A stretch of DNA of 64,000 nucleotides from Acholeplasmataceae bacterium (GCA_963667565.1 OY763415.1:928001-992000); one strand, 5' to 3'. Counted from the first letter of the stretch, positions 7,827-18,444 are shown. Notes: generated by a model not told the origin, from the sequence alone. Numbers and translations are program-made.

Positions 7827-10800
7827 ATGATACAAAGACTAACAAATTTAAACGGATTAACCGTTGAAACAAACTATTTACATCCTACTGAACCAACAGT
7901 AGGAAATTATAATATTGGAGAAATCAATCATTTAAGCATGGATGATGGATTATTATTAATTAAAATAAGTGGTATCACATATTCATACATTGATGAAATA
8001 GCTAAAATGAAGTTGATTCTTCCTATTTCGGGATTTAGTGATGGAACTAGATTTTTTGCAAGAGAAGTGACAACTTCTTATACACCAAGTTCAGTAAATT
8101 GGAATACGAAGCCATCGGTCAATACAAGTCAAACTGAAGCAGAACATTTCTTAGAAATATTGGGTTCAGGATTGACTTCACCTACTGCACAAGCAGTTAT
8201 TTTTGATTTAACAAATTTAGCTAGAAAATGGAAAGAAAGTGGAACATCAAATAGAAGCATTGCTATCTATACGACTGGAACTTGGGGTTATATTTATACA
8301 CCAAGATATTCTAGTATTTTAAATACTGAACAAGTATTAGTGATTGAGAATGCTCGTCAAACAGGTCTTGCAAGTCATTTAAGTTTTACTGAACAAGAAA
8401 TTGGTTTTGCTGGAAAGAGTTTTATTAATAATTTTACGGGTAAACTACTAGCTGCTTTTTCTGGCTTCAGTACTGACTCTCAAAAAGCACCTATTTCATT
8501 TGGAGCATTTTATGCTCAACAAAGACCGGTTGGTATTTCACCATTAAGTTATAAAAAAACGATGCCATATTATTGGCGTTCTAATTTTGACTATGGTGTT
8601 TCTCAAACAACAAAACGATTTACAATTGTGCATCCTGATGGTAGTGTTCAACATTATGATGAAGTAACCCCTGAACAAGCAGCGCAATATAACATAGAAA
8701 CAACACTGGACAAAGTATACATCAATTTTTTTGATTTTTCTTACCTAGAAGATCAAGGTGATTTAGTCATCTATGACCAACAAAAGAATCAAATGAAATT
8801 ATCAAAAACTGGATTGATTAAAGAGGTCAAAAAGGCAGATGGATCTACGATTACATATGTGAACGATGGATCTAGAATTGTTTCAATCAATGCTGATGGA
8901 AAAACTGTAGCATTTACATATCTAAGTGGAAATGTACAAAGAGTTGAATTTATTGAAGAAGAAAAATCGATTTTTATCACTTATGGCACTTATGGACCAA
9001 CTAGCATTAAATTACAAGATATTACTTATGTGACAGAAGATACATCAAGTGGGGGTACGACTTCAACTAAAACTTATGTTGATCGCTATGAAGCAAGATA
9101 TGAGTATAGTGGATCAACACTAATAAGAATGATTGATGTGAAGATGAATCTTGCCATAAAGTTTACCTTTACTAGTTCAAAAGTAACTAAAATTACTAAT
9201 CAAGTGTATTCACCACTAACGGATGGAGCTTACATAGATATTTATTATGATACAACAAGAGCACACACTAAAATAACAGATTATCAAGATAATGTGACAT
9301 ATTTATATAAAAATAATTATGGACAATGCATTCAAAAAGTAGATGGAGATGGAAACGCAATTGCCATGCGCTATGCAAATGTTTCAGAAGATGGTACACA
9401 ACAAAAACTTCAAGAAGCATCAAGTGCAATTTATAATGTTAGAAATATGATTTTAAATCATTCATTCGATAGTTCTGTTGAACCAATTGATTCAGATGCC
9501 TTAGGATGGAAAACTAATGCACCAGTGACGGTTAAAGTAGTAGATGATGGTGTTTATGGTGACCAATGCTTAAGAGTAAGAAGAGATGCATCAGGAGTTT
9601 CGATTATTAATCAAACTATTGAACCACCAGTAGGAAACCATAAAATTGTTTTTTTTGCTAAATCTAAAAATGCAGTAGGTAATGCAAAAGTCAAAGCTGT
9701 ATTAAATTATTCAATTCGAAGATTAGCTTTACCTGGAGAAATTGGAATACTTGATCCAGATGGTAATGCCTATGTGATTGTTGATGCAGATACCATCAAT
9801 GTTGAAAGTATTAATATTATTGGTTTTGAAGATTGGACAAGATTCGAGGTTAGTGGATTAAATATTCCATCAACAGCAACATCTGCATCACTTGAAATTA
9901 AAATGGAATGCTTTCATTCAGAAGGTGATGTTTTCTTTGATGACTTTCAAATGGTTGCACCTCAAAGATCAACATATAATTTGATTCAAAATGGATTTTT
10001 TGATGGAGAAACTGGAAACATTCCAGTTGGTTGGACAGCATCAAGTGAAAACACATCAAGTGATCGATTAGTATCATCAAGTCTTGTTGAGCCATTTGAT
10101 GCGATACTTGGTGCGAAAAACATGATGTTTGTTGGAGCATATGATAAACTTAAATCTATTTCAAGACATCTAGATATTAGTGGTGGAGCAGGTGAAGAAT
10201 TTTCGTTGATTTCTTGGGCTAAAGGATATGTGCTAGACTCTGATATTTTTAGAGTGAAAGTACTTATTGAGTATCCTGAGTTTGAAGACGAAGAATTGTT
10301 CTTTGATTTTGGAAAAGATACTACAAATTGGCAAATGCTTCTTAGAAATATTACGACAAGTAAACCATATAGTGGTATGACGATCACTTTAGAACATCAA
10401 GGTCCTAACACAGTCAATTTTGATTCAGTTCAATTATACAGGGATGCATCTGGTAAACATTATAATTATGATGAAAAAGGAAATCTTTTAGATCAAATGA
10501 ACAGTGATAAAACAAAATCTTCATTATCTTATGACGATAGCAATAAGATTTCACAGTCTGTTGATCCTTCAGGTGATACCTATAGATACACTTATAATGA
10601 AGATGATAAGTTAACTAAGATTAAAGATGCTAAAGGTAATGAAATCTTATTTGAGTATGACACAAATGGTAATAGAACAAAATCTGAGATTAAGTATAAA
10701 GAAGATTCTGGTCTAGTAAAATCAATGGTTTTTGAACAAGCATTTAATAGCGATAATAAAGTAGAATCAACAACAGATGAACTAGGAAATACAGCATCAA

Positions 10801-13800
10801 TTTTATATGATGCAAAAGGTCGAGTCTATAAGGAGACAAACGCTAAAAATGTTGTAAAAACTAGTTCATATGATGCTTATGATAATTTAATTCAACTTAT
10901 TCAAAGTAAAGATGGAAAATCAACAGCTCATACTTATCAATATAATACAGATCAATCATTAAAATCAATTACAACAGATAATGGCACAAAATATGATTTT
11001 GTCTATGATGCATGGGGTAAACTAAAACAAGTTAAAGTGAATAATGTGTTATTTGCATCCTATGAACATAATTTTGTTAAACATGGCGTAGAAACAGATT
11101 TAATCACGAAACAAATTTATGGAAGTGATTCGACTGAAGCATTTGATTTTAGTTATGATCAAAAGGGACGTTTAGAAGAAGTTAACTTCAAAGGTAGTTT
11201 AGTTGCTCAATATGAATATAATGATAAAGGACAAGTGTTCCATATCCATACACCAGAAGTAGAAAAATACTTTAGTTATGATGTAAAAGGAAAACTAATA
11301 AAAGAATCAAATTCCGAAGGTAAAATTATTCGCTTCGATTATGACAATTTAGATCAAGTGCAAAAAGCGACATTTGATATCAATGGTGTTATGAGAAGCT
11401 ATGACTTTGAATATACCAATGAATTTAATCAATATAACAGAGATGGTTTAAGAACAAGAATTACTAAAGCGTTTAAAGATGATGTTGCAGAAGATAATTT
11501 CTCTTATAGAGGTATTTATGGTATGAGCACAAGTCTTATATCAAATGCATATTTCTTAGAGGATAATCTTCTAAGCGAACGTGCATTAACATTAACAAAA
11601 AATACTTCTCAAGTTGTATATGATCTATCAACTGTAAATAATAAACGTACAACAGGTATGGTAGATGGTGAATGGTTTGATAAGATTAATTGGAGAAATA
11701 GATTCTATTATAACAAGTCATTTATGGGATGGTTTAGACCTTATCAATTAACAGATGAAAGAGCAATTATGACCGTTGGTAAAGACGGTAATGATTACTT
11801 CAAGGTGTTAGGTAGAAAAGATGGAACAAATTATGTATTCACATTAAAATATACAAAAGATGGTGCAAACTCAACGAAAGCAACCATAACAGTACCTGCA
11901 GTTGATAAATGGATGTTTATTGGTTTAACCATTAATAAAGCAGAAAGTAATACCGAATTAAGATTTGCAGTAGAAAATCAATATGCATATTCATTTATGA
12001 GTAGTTTTAGTGTTACACATTTGATCAATCAAGCAGTCATCGGTGATAGAAGTCAACCATCTGTAGGTAGTGATGAACCAAATTCAACATATCAATTAAA
12101 ATCACATATGTTTAGCATTGGTGCCTATATTCATACAAAAGATACATTTTGTATCTTACATGCACAAGGCGAGAAATATTTAACCAATGATCTTGATATG
12201 ACACCTAAAACTGGTGTATCATTTGAGAATCCAGAAATTTATGATGGATTAGATACTGTCAGTTTAAATGGGACATTTATCTCTAAACAAGGTATTAAGC
12301 CTAAGAGTTATGCTTATACTGATAAGAGTTATGCGCTTGATAAAACAAGACTTTTTGAGTATAGCAATAATGACGACAAACATGTGTACGGTAGTTATGA
12401 TGGACTCATGGGTCTAGCGGATACTAAAGGTAAACTTATTTACGATTTTGATCTAAAAGAGAAAGGATCAATGAGTATTAGATTTAAACCAGTCGTTTCA
12501 TCAACAACGGATCGTACAATCATCATGCATAAAAAAGATGGCGTTAATTTATTTGGTGTTAAACTAAAAACAGATAACAAACTTTATATGGTACTGAATG
12601 GCACCGATTATGTTGTTGGAACAACAACTTATGCATATGATGCATGGAAGACAGTCATCTTAACATGGGACGGGTCAACATTTAAAGTCAATAATGGCGT
12701 AACAACAAAAACATTAACAGCATCATTATCACTAAAAGACGTGATGACAATCATTGGATCGGATTTAGCAGCTGATGGATTTACACCAGAAAAACATCTA
12801 AACGGCCAATTAGAAATGTTAGCCTATAAAGATGATGTGATTGATTCAGCTACTGTAACAAAACTATTCCAAAACAATCACGTATTATCTGTTAAAACAT
12901 ATGTTGATATACTAGGTAGAAGTAAGAAAGATGTGATTGATACTGGCTTAGTTGAACTTGAAAACTCATATAGTTATAAAGCGCCAGCGTCAGGTAAAAC
13001 ATCACTTCAAGTTGAGTCTATTCAAAAATACGATAATACTACAGTCACTTACGGATATGATGAACTAGGTAATATTACATCTATGGTAACACCAGATGGT
13101 ACTTATGAATATGAGTATGATTATTTAAATCGACTTGTAAGAGAATACAATCCAAAAGTTCAAAAGACAATGATTATGGTCTATAAAGCTAACAACAATA
13201 TTGAGTTTAAAAAGTATTATAATGGTAATCAACCATTAACAGTATCTAGTACACCAATTGAATCATATGAATATAAGTATGAAAACTCATGGAAAGATCA
13301 ATTGACAAGTATTGTTAAAAGCTCAAATGGTGTTGTTGTTAGTACAGAAACAATTTCATATGCTGGAAGTACCTTCATTGGAAATCCAAGTTCTATCGGT
13401 GATAAAAACTTAACATGGTCTGGTAGAAGACTCACAAAAATCACTGAAGCTAATAAAGACACAATTGAATACTTCTATAACGAAGAAGGTATTAGAACTA
13501 AAAAGAAAGTCGGAACAGATATTACAACATATGAGCTTAATGGTTCTAACATTATTTCAGAAACAAAGAATGATACAGAAACAGTCAGATACATCTATAA
13601 TGAAAGAGGATTACTTGTAGGTTTTGAACATTTAAGTAAAGTATATTATTATGTGAGAGATTTACTTGGAATAATCACAGAAGTTGTTGATGAAAATGGA
13701 TCTGTTATGGTATCATATACATATGATGCTTGGGGTAGAATTATCAATAAAGCAGTTAATGATTCTCTCATTGATAGTTTGAATCATATTATTTCTAATG

Positions 13801-14552
13801 GAGTTTACCTAGACGATGAAACAGAATATTATTACTCAAATCAAGGTTATTACAGTTCACATACAGCTCAATACATTCTAGTTAAGAACTCAATAGAGAA
13901 AATAGTTTCTGCATTAAGTAGTGATAAATCAAATCATAAGTCTAGTTCTAAGTATAGTAAAATTGGCAATTCGACTTATCAAATTCCTTTAAGAATTAAT
14001 TATAACTTCCCGAACTACCAAAAAGAAAGTAATGATTATCCTATTGCGGATGTACCAGAATCGAATAATAAGTCTTCATTTTTTGGGAACGCTTATATAG
14101 CAATTAGTCAAACAGCAAGCGTCATTTCCACATTAATAAATAGTGTTGGAGTCATGAGTGAAGCTTCTTTAAATGCCTTAACATCAGTAACTATAAGATT
14201 AAATAGTATTGGTGGGAATATAAATGTAACCCGAATGGGAACTTTAGGCACTCAGGTTAGTAAAGTATTATCAAAAATATCTGTTGGAATTTTAATTGTA
14301 TCTGCAGCTTTTCAAGTTATAGACAATTTCACTAATTCTGATTATTCATTAACAGATAAAATTGTATATTCTGCAATTGATGTGGGTATTACTGTTGGAT
14401 TGTATTTTGCTATAGGTGCTATTATGGCTGTTTCAGCACCGGTCGCTTTAGTTGCTGCTGGACTGGCTTTTGTAGCTTTGGAAGTTCTTGATGTTGATAA
14501 ATATATTAAAGAAGGTATCAAAAAATTATTTAAATGGACAGGATGGAGATAA
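7827..14552 (+). CDS. Large Rhs/YD-repeat (WapA-like) protein with DNRLRE-like, CBM-like and two LamG-like domains and a hydrophobic C-terminal domain
   Basis: Many YD repeats (YNYDEKGNL, YDAWGKL, YYYVRDLLG...YTYDAWG); VNWNTKP..FDLTNLARKW; FFDDFQM; WKTVILTWDG..LNGQLE. Confidence 0.9.
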   Translation: MIQRLTNLNGLTVETNYLHPTEPTVGNYNIGEINHLSMDDGLLLIKISGITYSYIDEIAKMKLILPISGFSDGTRFFAREVTTSYTPSSVNWNTKPSVNTSQTEAEHFLEILGSGLTSPTAQAVIFDLTNLARKWKESGTSNRSIAIYTTGTWGYIYTPRYSSILNTEQVLVIENARQTGLASHLSFTEQEIGFAGKSFINNFTGKLLAAFSGFSTDSQKAPISFGAFYAQQRPVGISPLSYKKTMPYYWRSNFDYGVSQTTKRFTIVHPDGSVQHYDEVTPEQAAQYNIETTLDKVYINFFDFSYLEDQGDLVIYDQQKNQMKLSKTGLIKEVKKADGSTITYVNDGSRIVSINADGKTVAFTYLSGNVQRVEFIEEEKSIFITYGTYGPTSIKLQDITYVTEDTSSGGTTSTKTYVDRYEARYEYSGSTLIRMIDVKMNLAIKFTFTSSKVTKITNQVYSPLTDGAYIDIYYDTTRAHTKITDYQDNVTYLYKNNYGQCIQKVDGDGNAIAMRYANVSEDGTQQKLQEASSAIYNVRNMILNHSFDSSVEPIDSDALGWKTNAPVTVKVVDDGVYGDQCLRVRRDASGVSIINQTIEPPVGNHKIVFFAKSKNAVGNAKVKAVLNYSIRRLALPGEIGILDPDGNAYVIVDADTINVESINIIGFEDWTRFEVSGLNIPSTATSASLEIKMECFHSEGDVFFDDFQMVAPQRSTYNLIQNGFFDGETGNIPVGWTASSENTSSDRLVSSSLVEPFDAILGAKNMMFVGAYDKLKSISRHLDISGGAGEEFSLISWAKGYVLDSDIFRVKVLIEYPEFEDEELFFDFGKDTTNWQMLLRNITTSKPYSGMTITLEHQGPNTVNFDSVQLYRDASGKHYNYDEKGNLLDQMNSDKTKSSLSYDDSNKISQSVDPSGDTYRYTYNEDDKLTKIKDAKGNEILFEYDTNGNRTKSEIKYKEDSGLVKSMVFEQAFNSDNKVESTTDELGNTASILYDAKGRVYKETNAKNVVKTSSYDAYDNLIQLIQSKDGKSTAHTYQYNTDQSLKSITTDNGTKYDFVYDAWGKLKQVKVNNVLFASYEHNFVKHGVETDLITKQIYGSDSTEAFDFSYDQKGRLEEVNFKGSLVAQYEYNDKGQVFHIHTPEVEKYFSYDVKGKLIKESNSEGKIIRFDYDNLDQVQKATFDINGVMRSYDFEYTNEFNQYNRDGLRTRITKAFKDDVAEDNFSYRGIYGMSTSLISNAYFLEDNLLSERALTLTKNTSQVVYDLSTVNNKRTTGMVDGEWFDKINWRNRFYYNKSFMGWFRPYQLTDERAIMTVGKDGNDYFKVLGRKDGTNYVFTLKYTKDGANSTKATITVPAVDKWMFIGLTINKAESNTELRFAVENQYAYSFMSSFSVTHLINQAVIGDRSQPSVGSDEPNSTYQLKSHMFSIGAYIHTKDTFCILHAQGEKYLTNDLDMTPKTGVSFENPEIYDGLDTVSLNGTFISKQGIKPKSYAYTDKSYALDKTRLFEYSNNDDKHVYGSYDGLMGLADTKGKLIYDFDLKEKGSMSIRFKPVVSSTTDRTIIMHKKDGVNLFGVKLKTDNKLYMVLNGTDYVVGTTTYAYDAWKTVILTWDGSTFKVNNGVTTKTLTASLSLKDVMTIIGSDLAADGFTPEKHLNGQLEMLAYKDDVIDSATVTKLFQNNHVLSVKTYVDILGRSKKDVIDTGLVELENSYSYKAPASGKTSLQVESIQKYDNTTVTYGYDELGNITSMVTPDGTYEYEYDYLNRLVREYNPKVQKTMIMVYKANNNIEFKKYYNGNQPLTVSSTPIESYEYKYENSWKDQLTSIVKSSNGVVVSTETISYAGSTFIGNPSSIGDKNLTWSGRRLTKITEANKDTIEYFYNEEGIRTKKKVGTDITTYELNGSNIISETKNDTETVRYIYNERGLLVGFEHLSKVYYYVRDLLGIITEVVDENGSVMVSYTYDAWGRIINKAVNDSLIDSLNHIISNGVYLDDETEYYYSNQGYYSSHTAQYILVKNSIEKIVSALSSDKSNHKSSSKYSKIGNSTYQIPLRINYNFPNYQKESNDYPIADVPESNNKSSFFGNAYIAISQTASVISTLINSVGVMSEASLNALTSVTIRLNSIGGNINVTRMGTLGTQVSKVLSKISVGILIVSAAFQVIDNFTNSDYSLTDKIVYSAIDVGITVGLYFAIGAIMAVSAPVALVAAGLAFVALEVLDVDKYIKEGIKKLFKWTGWR

Positions 14553-14555
14553 TAG

Positions 14556-15158
14556 ATGAACAAAATTAGAAATAAGAGTTTTTTAAATCCAAAAAAAGTA
14601 CCTAATTATAAAAAAATATGGGGATTCTACATCGTAATACCAATAATTGCTTTGGCAATTATTGGGAATATTTTAGAATATGGAAATTATATGTTTATAC
14701 TGTTTTTTTCGATTTTAATAATACTGCCACTATTAGTGATCCCGAGATTTGTAAAGAAAAATAATAATAGTAATTACAGTATCTTACTTAGTTTTGGATC
14801 TTTGCTATTCGTGTTTTTGTTTGAATACAATGTTTTGATGTATTATTATTTGCTGACTCTAAATATTGATAAGATTTATTTCATCTTAGTTTTAATTTCC
14901 GAAATTGTCATTTCAATATTAAGCACATTGTACATCAATATTCAATTTAACATTGATTCTCGGTTGAAAACAACGCATCTTTTGAAATTCGGAATACTAA
15001 TTGTTACTATTCTTCTTGCTATTATTGTACCTGCGTTATTTGTTAACCACGATGCTAAATATATTTTTATATTATTTGGAGTTTTATATGCATCAATCAT
15101 ATATCTAATAGTTAGAATGTTAATGAAAGCAATTATCTTAAAAAAAATGAATAACTAA
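14556..15158 (+). CDS. Multi-pass membrane protein, putative Rhs immunity
   Basis: ~6 TM segments, 3 nt after Rhs stop. Confidence 0.6.
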   Translation: MNKIRNKSFLNPKKVPNYKKIWGFYIVIPIIALAIIGNILEYGNYMFILFFSILIILPLLVIPRFVKKNNNSNYSILLSFGSLLFVFLFEYNVLMYYYLLTLNIDKIYFILVLISEIVISILSTLYINIQFNIDSRLKTTHLLKFGILIVTILLAIIVPALFVNHDAKYIFILFGVLYASIIYLIVRMLMKAIILKKMNN

Positions 15159-15231
15159 TAATATTTCATATGTAAAAGGTGGCACACTTTATTTTAGGGG
15201 TTGTGTCTCCTTTTTAATTTCCTTTTTAAGC

Positions 15232-15327
15232 AACTCCGTCCGAAAAAAAGCAAAACTCCGTTGGAAATAGAGTAAAACTCCGTCGAACACGGGTGATTTC
15301 AGAGTAAAACTCCGTAATGACAAGACA
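15232..15327. repeat. Phased AACTCCGT repeats ending in ACA: probable transposon-like right end
   Basis: Copies at 15232, 15254, 15276, 15308; terminal GACA at 15324-15327 at the accessory/host boundary. Confidence 0.6.
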
Positions 15328-15337
15328 TTAAATAATT

Positions 15338-15369
15338 AAAGGTTTGAACTTTGGTTCAAACCTTTTTTT
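15338..15369. terminator. Terminator of DUF402 gene (possibly bidirectional)
   Basis: AAAGGTTTGAAC/GTTCAAACCTTT perfect stem. Confidence 0.85.
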
Positions 15370-15372
15370 GTT

Positions 15373-15903
15373 TTATCTTTTATCTAAAGTTTTGTACTTC
15401 TCAAAATATAAAAATACATCTGATAAATCAAATGGTTTCTCTTTATGCTTAATTTTATGTAGTAATTGTTGTAATTGCTCATTGATAATATCTTGAATGT
15501 CTTGAGGATAGCACATTTTTTTTAAATGTGTCGCATATTCCTTCTCATCTAAAATGATATATTTTCCATTTGGAAAGACTTTGACATCTAAATCGTAATC
15601 AATATATTTGATTGCTTCCCCATCATATAAATATGGACTCGATAAATTGCAATAAAAGTGTACACCATCTTTTTTTAACATCCCAATAATGTTAAACCAT
15701 GAATCTGAATAAAAATAACAGATTGCAGGTTCTTTGGTATACCAGCTTCTTCCATCATGCTCTATCACTCTTGTTTTTTGGTGACCAGTCACTAGTAGAT
15801 GCTCTTTTTCTTCTAAAACAACAGTATTTTTCCATATGCGATGTAATATCTTATTGTGTTTGTAACTATGGATTGGCACATTCATGCCGGTTGATAATTT
15901 CAT
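15373..15903 (-). CDS. DUF402 family (YgaC/Ntdp-like nucleoside phosphatase)
   Basis: SYKHN..LHRIW, YCNLSSP, YIDYDLDVKVFP motifs. Confidence 0.9.
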   Translation of the reverse strand: MKLSTGMNVPIHSYKHNKILHRIWKNTVVLEEKEHLLVTGHQKTRVIEHDGRSWYTKEPAICYFYSDSWFNIIGMLKKDGVHFYCNLSSPYLYDGEAIKYIDYDLDVKVFPNGKYIILDEKEYATHLKKMCYPQDIQDIINEQLQQLLHKIKHKEKPFDLSDVFLYFEKYKTLDKR

Positions 15904-15972
15904 AAAACCACCTCAAATGTTGTTATTATTATAACATTATTTAAGGTGGTTTGTTAAGTTATGTTTTTCTAA

Positions 15973-16992
15973 TTACCATTTATTTTCTACGCGTTCAGCA
16001 AATCCTAATAAATCTTTTATGATGATTTGTTTACCATCACCTAGTTTGATGGTGCCATTAAAATGACCGAATACTTGATGTTGAATTGATTTTATGATGA
16101 TAACATTAGTTTTTGAATTGCGATCTAAAATTGGAGTAAATATTAAATCTATATGTTTTTTTTGATCATAGATTTTCCATGGGCTTAAATAGTCAAATGT
16201 TTTATTGATTTTAGGAATATCAAAAATAATATCGTCTAATTTTTCATATTGATCATCATAAAAAATCATATTCTCTGATGCTTTTGAAGTATCACCAAAT
16301 CCATATCCTAAATTAAACCCGATATAGTGACCATCTTGTTTTGCATTTAGACTTGACCAGTACCACGTGTTATGATAAGTCCATACACCTCTGCCCCAAT
16401 CAAGAACACCTAAAGTATGATTAAAATCGTAGGTTTTATTATTGCTAAACACTTTACCTTGTCCATTTAGAAGATTTATTTTTTGATTGTAATAAAAATG
16501 TCCTGACTTCTTAAATGGTGTAGCAATAACCATAGAATGTGGTGTTGTTTCTTCTAAATATATATCACATGAGAAGCAATTGTTTTTTGAGAAATTAGGA
16601 AAATTTACAATAAGATGTCTTTTATTTTCTTCATGTAAAAACTTAAACGCAAATGCCTTTGTTTCAAAAACAATATCACCTTTGTGAGAATCAGAAGGCA
16701 TATTTAAAGATTTTGGAAAAAACTTCATTTTTGATTTTGTTGTTTGCAAAGGTATGTCAAAATCGAAAAATGTAACAGAAACCATCCACATGTAGCCATT
16801 ATCAGCAACAGTAAGTGCGATTGCATGATGATCATTACCAATGTAATAGTAATCCCATTCTTTTAATCTTAACCTAGATGTTTTAATCTTTGTTTTGTCG
16901 TATGTTTTTATTAAATGCGTATGATATCCTGCTTCAGTAAGTTCACCTGAATCATTTAGTAGAAATCCTTTGGATAATTTATGTTGTTTCAT
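15973..16992 (-). CDS. DUF2804 family protein
   Basis: KEWDYY, FYYNQKI, LDWGRGVW, QHQVFG motifs. Confidence 0.85.
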   Translation of the reverse strand: MKQHKLSKGFLLNDSGELTEAGYHTHLIKTYDKTKIKTSRLRLKEWDYYYIGNDHHAIALTVADNGYMWMVSVTFFDFDIPLQTTKSKMKFFPKSLNMPSDSHKGDIVFETKAFAFKFLHEENKRHLIVNFPNFSKNNCFSCDIYLEETTPHSMVIATPFKKSGHFYYNQKINLLNGQGKVFSNNKTYDFNHTLGVLDWGRGVWTYHNTWYWSSLNAKQDGHYIGFNLGYGFGDTSKASENMIFYDDQYEKLDDIIFDIPKINKTFDYLSPWKIYDQKKHIDLIFTPILDRNSKTNVIIIKSIQHQVFGHFNGTIKLGDGKQIIIKDLLGFAERVENKW

Positions 16993-17165
16993 GAATTAAT
17001 ACCTCCCATTAAACTTTTCCTATATCTCTTTTAGAAATCCAATATACTTAGTTTCTTTGTGTGATTTTGCTTATAACTTGTTTAGTTTAATTTTATTTAC
17101 TTCCTACTTCGATACTTATATTGATTTTATTATACACCTTCAGCTAAATTTTTTTAAGTAAGTAT

Positions 17166-17190
17166 AAAAAAAGATAAGCAAATGCTTATC
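17166..17190 (-). terminator. Intrinsic terminator of the small basic ORF
   Basis: GATAAGCA/TGCTTATC stem + T-run on minus strand. Confidence 0.8.
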
Positions 17191-17296
17191 CTTGTTTAAT
17201 TTTATTTCTGACAATTTTCTTGCCTCTTTGTTTAGCCATGTTAATTTGGTTTTTCTTCATGTGTTTACCATGTCGATCTTTGTTCATGACTTGCAT
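17186..17296 (-). CDS. Unannotated 36-aa basic protein MQVMNKDRHGKHMKKNQINMAKQRGKKIVRNKIKQG
   Basis: AAGGAG RBS, TATAAT upstream, terminator overlapping stop. Confidence 0.7.
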   Translation of the reverse strand: MQVMNKDRHGKHMKKNQINMAKQRGKKIVRNKIKQG

Positions 17297-17427
17297 ATCA
17301 AATTCTCCTTTGGAATATTAAACATATCCAATAGAGATTATACATTTTTCTATAAAATAGTAAATAGATTTCACTCACATTTTTAACGAAAAATAGATGA
17401 ATGGATTTAATTTATCATTTAAGTCAT

Positions 17428-18444
17428 TTATTTAATCAATTCTAATAGTTTTAAGTTGTGTAAACCTGGATGATTTTCTTTTCTCTCAAAACTTTCAGTA
17501 ATACTAACGATTGCATCATTCCACGGGGTTTTTATGTCAAATGATTGACCAAATGCACTAATAACACCATTAATCGCATGAATTTCAGTTTGGCGATCTC
17601 TTGCTAAATCATTGAGCATAGAGCTTTTAATTGCTTTGTGTTTTTTCATAGCAATCGGTATGATTTGAAATGATAACCATTTTTTAAAAGGGTGATGATA
17701 ATCAAGTAATTTAACAACATCTTTCCCTTGAATTTTTTCAATTTTAATATGTCCTTTTTTAGCTGTATCTATACATTCTTTTAATATAGCTTGTGCATAT
17801 GTTCTTGTTTGTTTACTTTTGGTGATTTCACCGAAAGTTAAATCAAGAACAACACTTAAACCTGAAAAAGCACTATTGATCATCAGTTTTGCATATCTAG
17901 CCCCAATCCAGTTATCTTCAATGGTTGTCTTACCCATTAAACTTAACAGCCTATAAACTTCATCAAACAATGGATGTTTGATTTCACTAAATGAACCCAA
18001 ACTAAACGTGAGCGCTTCATAATCAGGTTTTGTTGTTAATTCAACAATTCCATCTTTATGAAGTGTTGCACCCCAAGCCATCGCTGAACCAATCGTTTTT
18101 TCTTCACCAATAACTTTAGCTACACTATATTCTGGTAATCCATTTTGCATCGTACATATGACACCATTTGATTTTAAAAAAGGCATTAAATTCTTCACAA
18201 CTTCTTCATTTTCTAGTTGTTTAGTCATTAGAAAAATAATATCATAAGGGTCTTTCATCTCACTTGGTAAAAGCGCATTAACGTCTTTTTGTATATGTGT
18301 TTGCCCTGTGATGATTGCCCCATTTTTCTTCAATGATTCTATGTGATTAACATTTCTAGAAACAAGATCAACATTCTCTGTTTTTGAAAGATAAGCACCT
18401 AACACAGTGCCCATTGCCCCTGCTCCATAAATACATATTTTCAT
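17428..18444 (-). CDS. panE: Ketopantoate reductase family protein
   Basis: IYGAGAMG, MQNG, SSMLND...TEI..ING. Confidence 0.85.
   Translation of the reverse strand: MKICIYGAGAMGTVLGAYLSKTENVDLVSRNVNHIESLKKNGAIITGQTHIQKDVNALLPSEMKDPYDIIFLMTKQLENEEVVKNLMPFLKSNGVICTMQNGLPEYSVAKVIGEEKTIGSAMAWGATLHKDGIVELTTKPDYEALTFSLGSFSEIKHPLFDEVYRLLSLMGKTTIEDNWIGARYAKLMINSAFSGLSVVLDLTFGEITKSKQTRTYAQAILKECIDTAKKGHIKIEKIQGKDVVKLLDYHHPFKKWLSFQIIPIAMKKHKAIKSSMLNDLARDRQTEIHAINGVISAFGQSFDIKTPWNDAIVSITESFERKENHPGLHNLKLLELIK

Larger units (their letters stand above)
1..15327. mobile_element. Right part of a genomic island (defence + quorum-sensing/Rhs cargo); left end outside window
   Basis: Accessory gene content and end-like repeat array next to a host gene terminator. 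Confidence 0.6.

Noticed and set aside
8789..10387. Antisense or nested short ORFs (also 21795, 36439, 40547, 55102, 59090 and similar)
   Set aside because: Shadow frames of well-supported genes, no RBS or motifs
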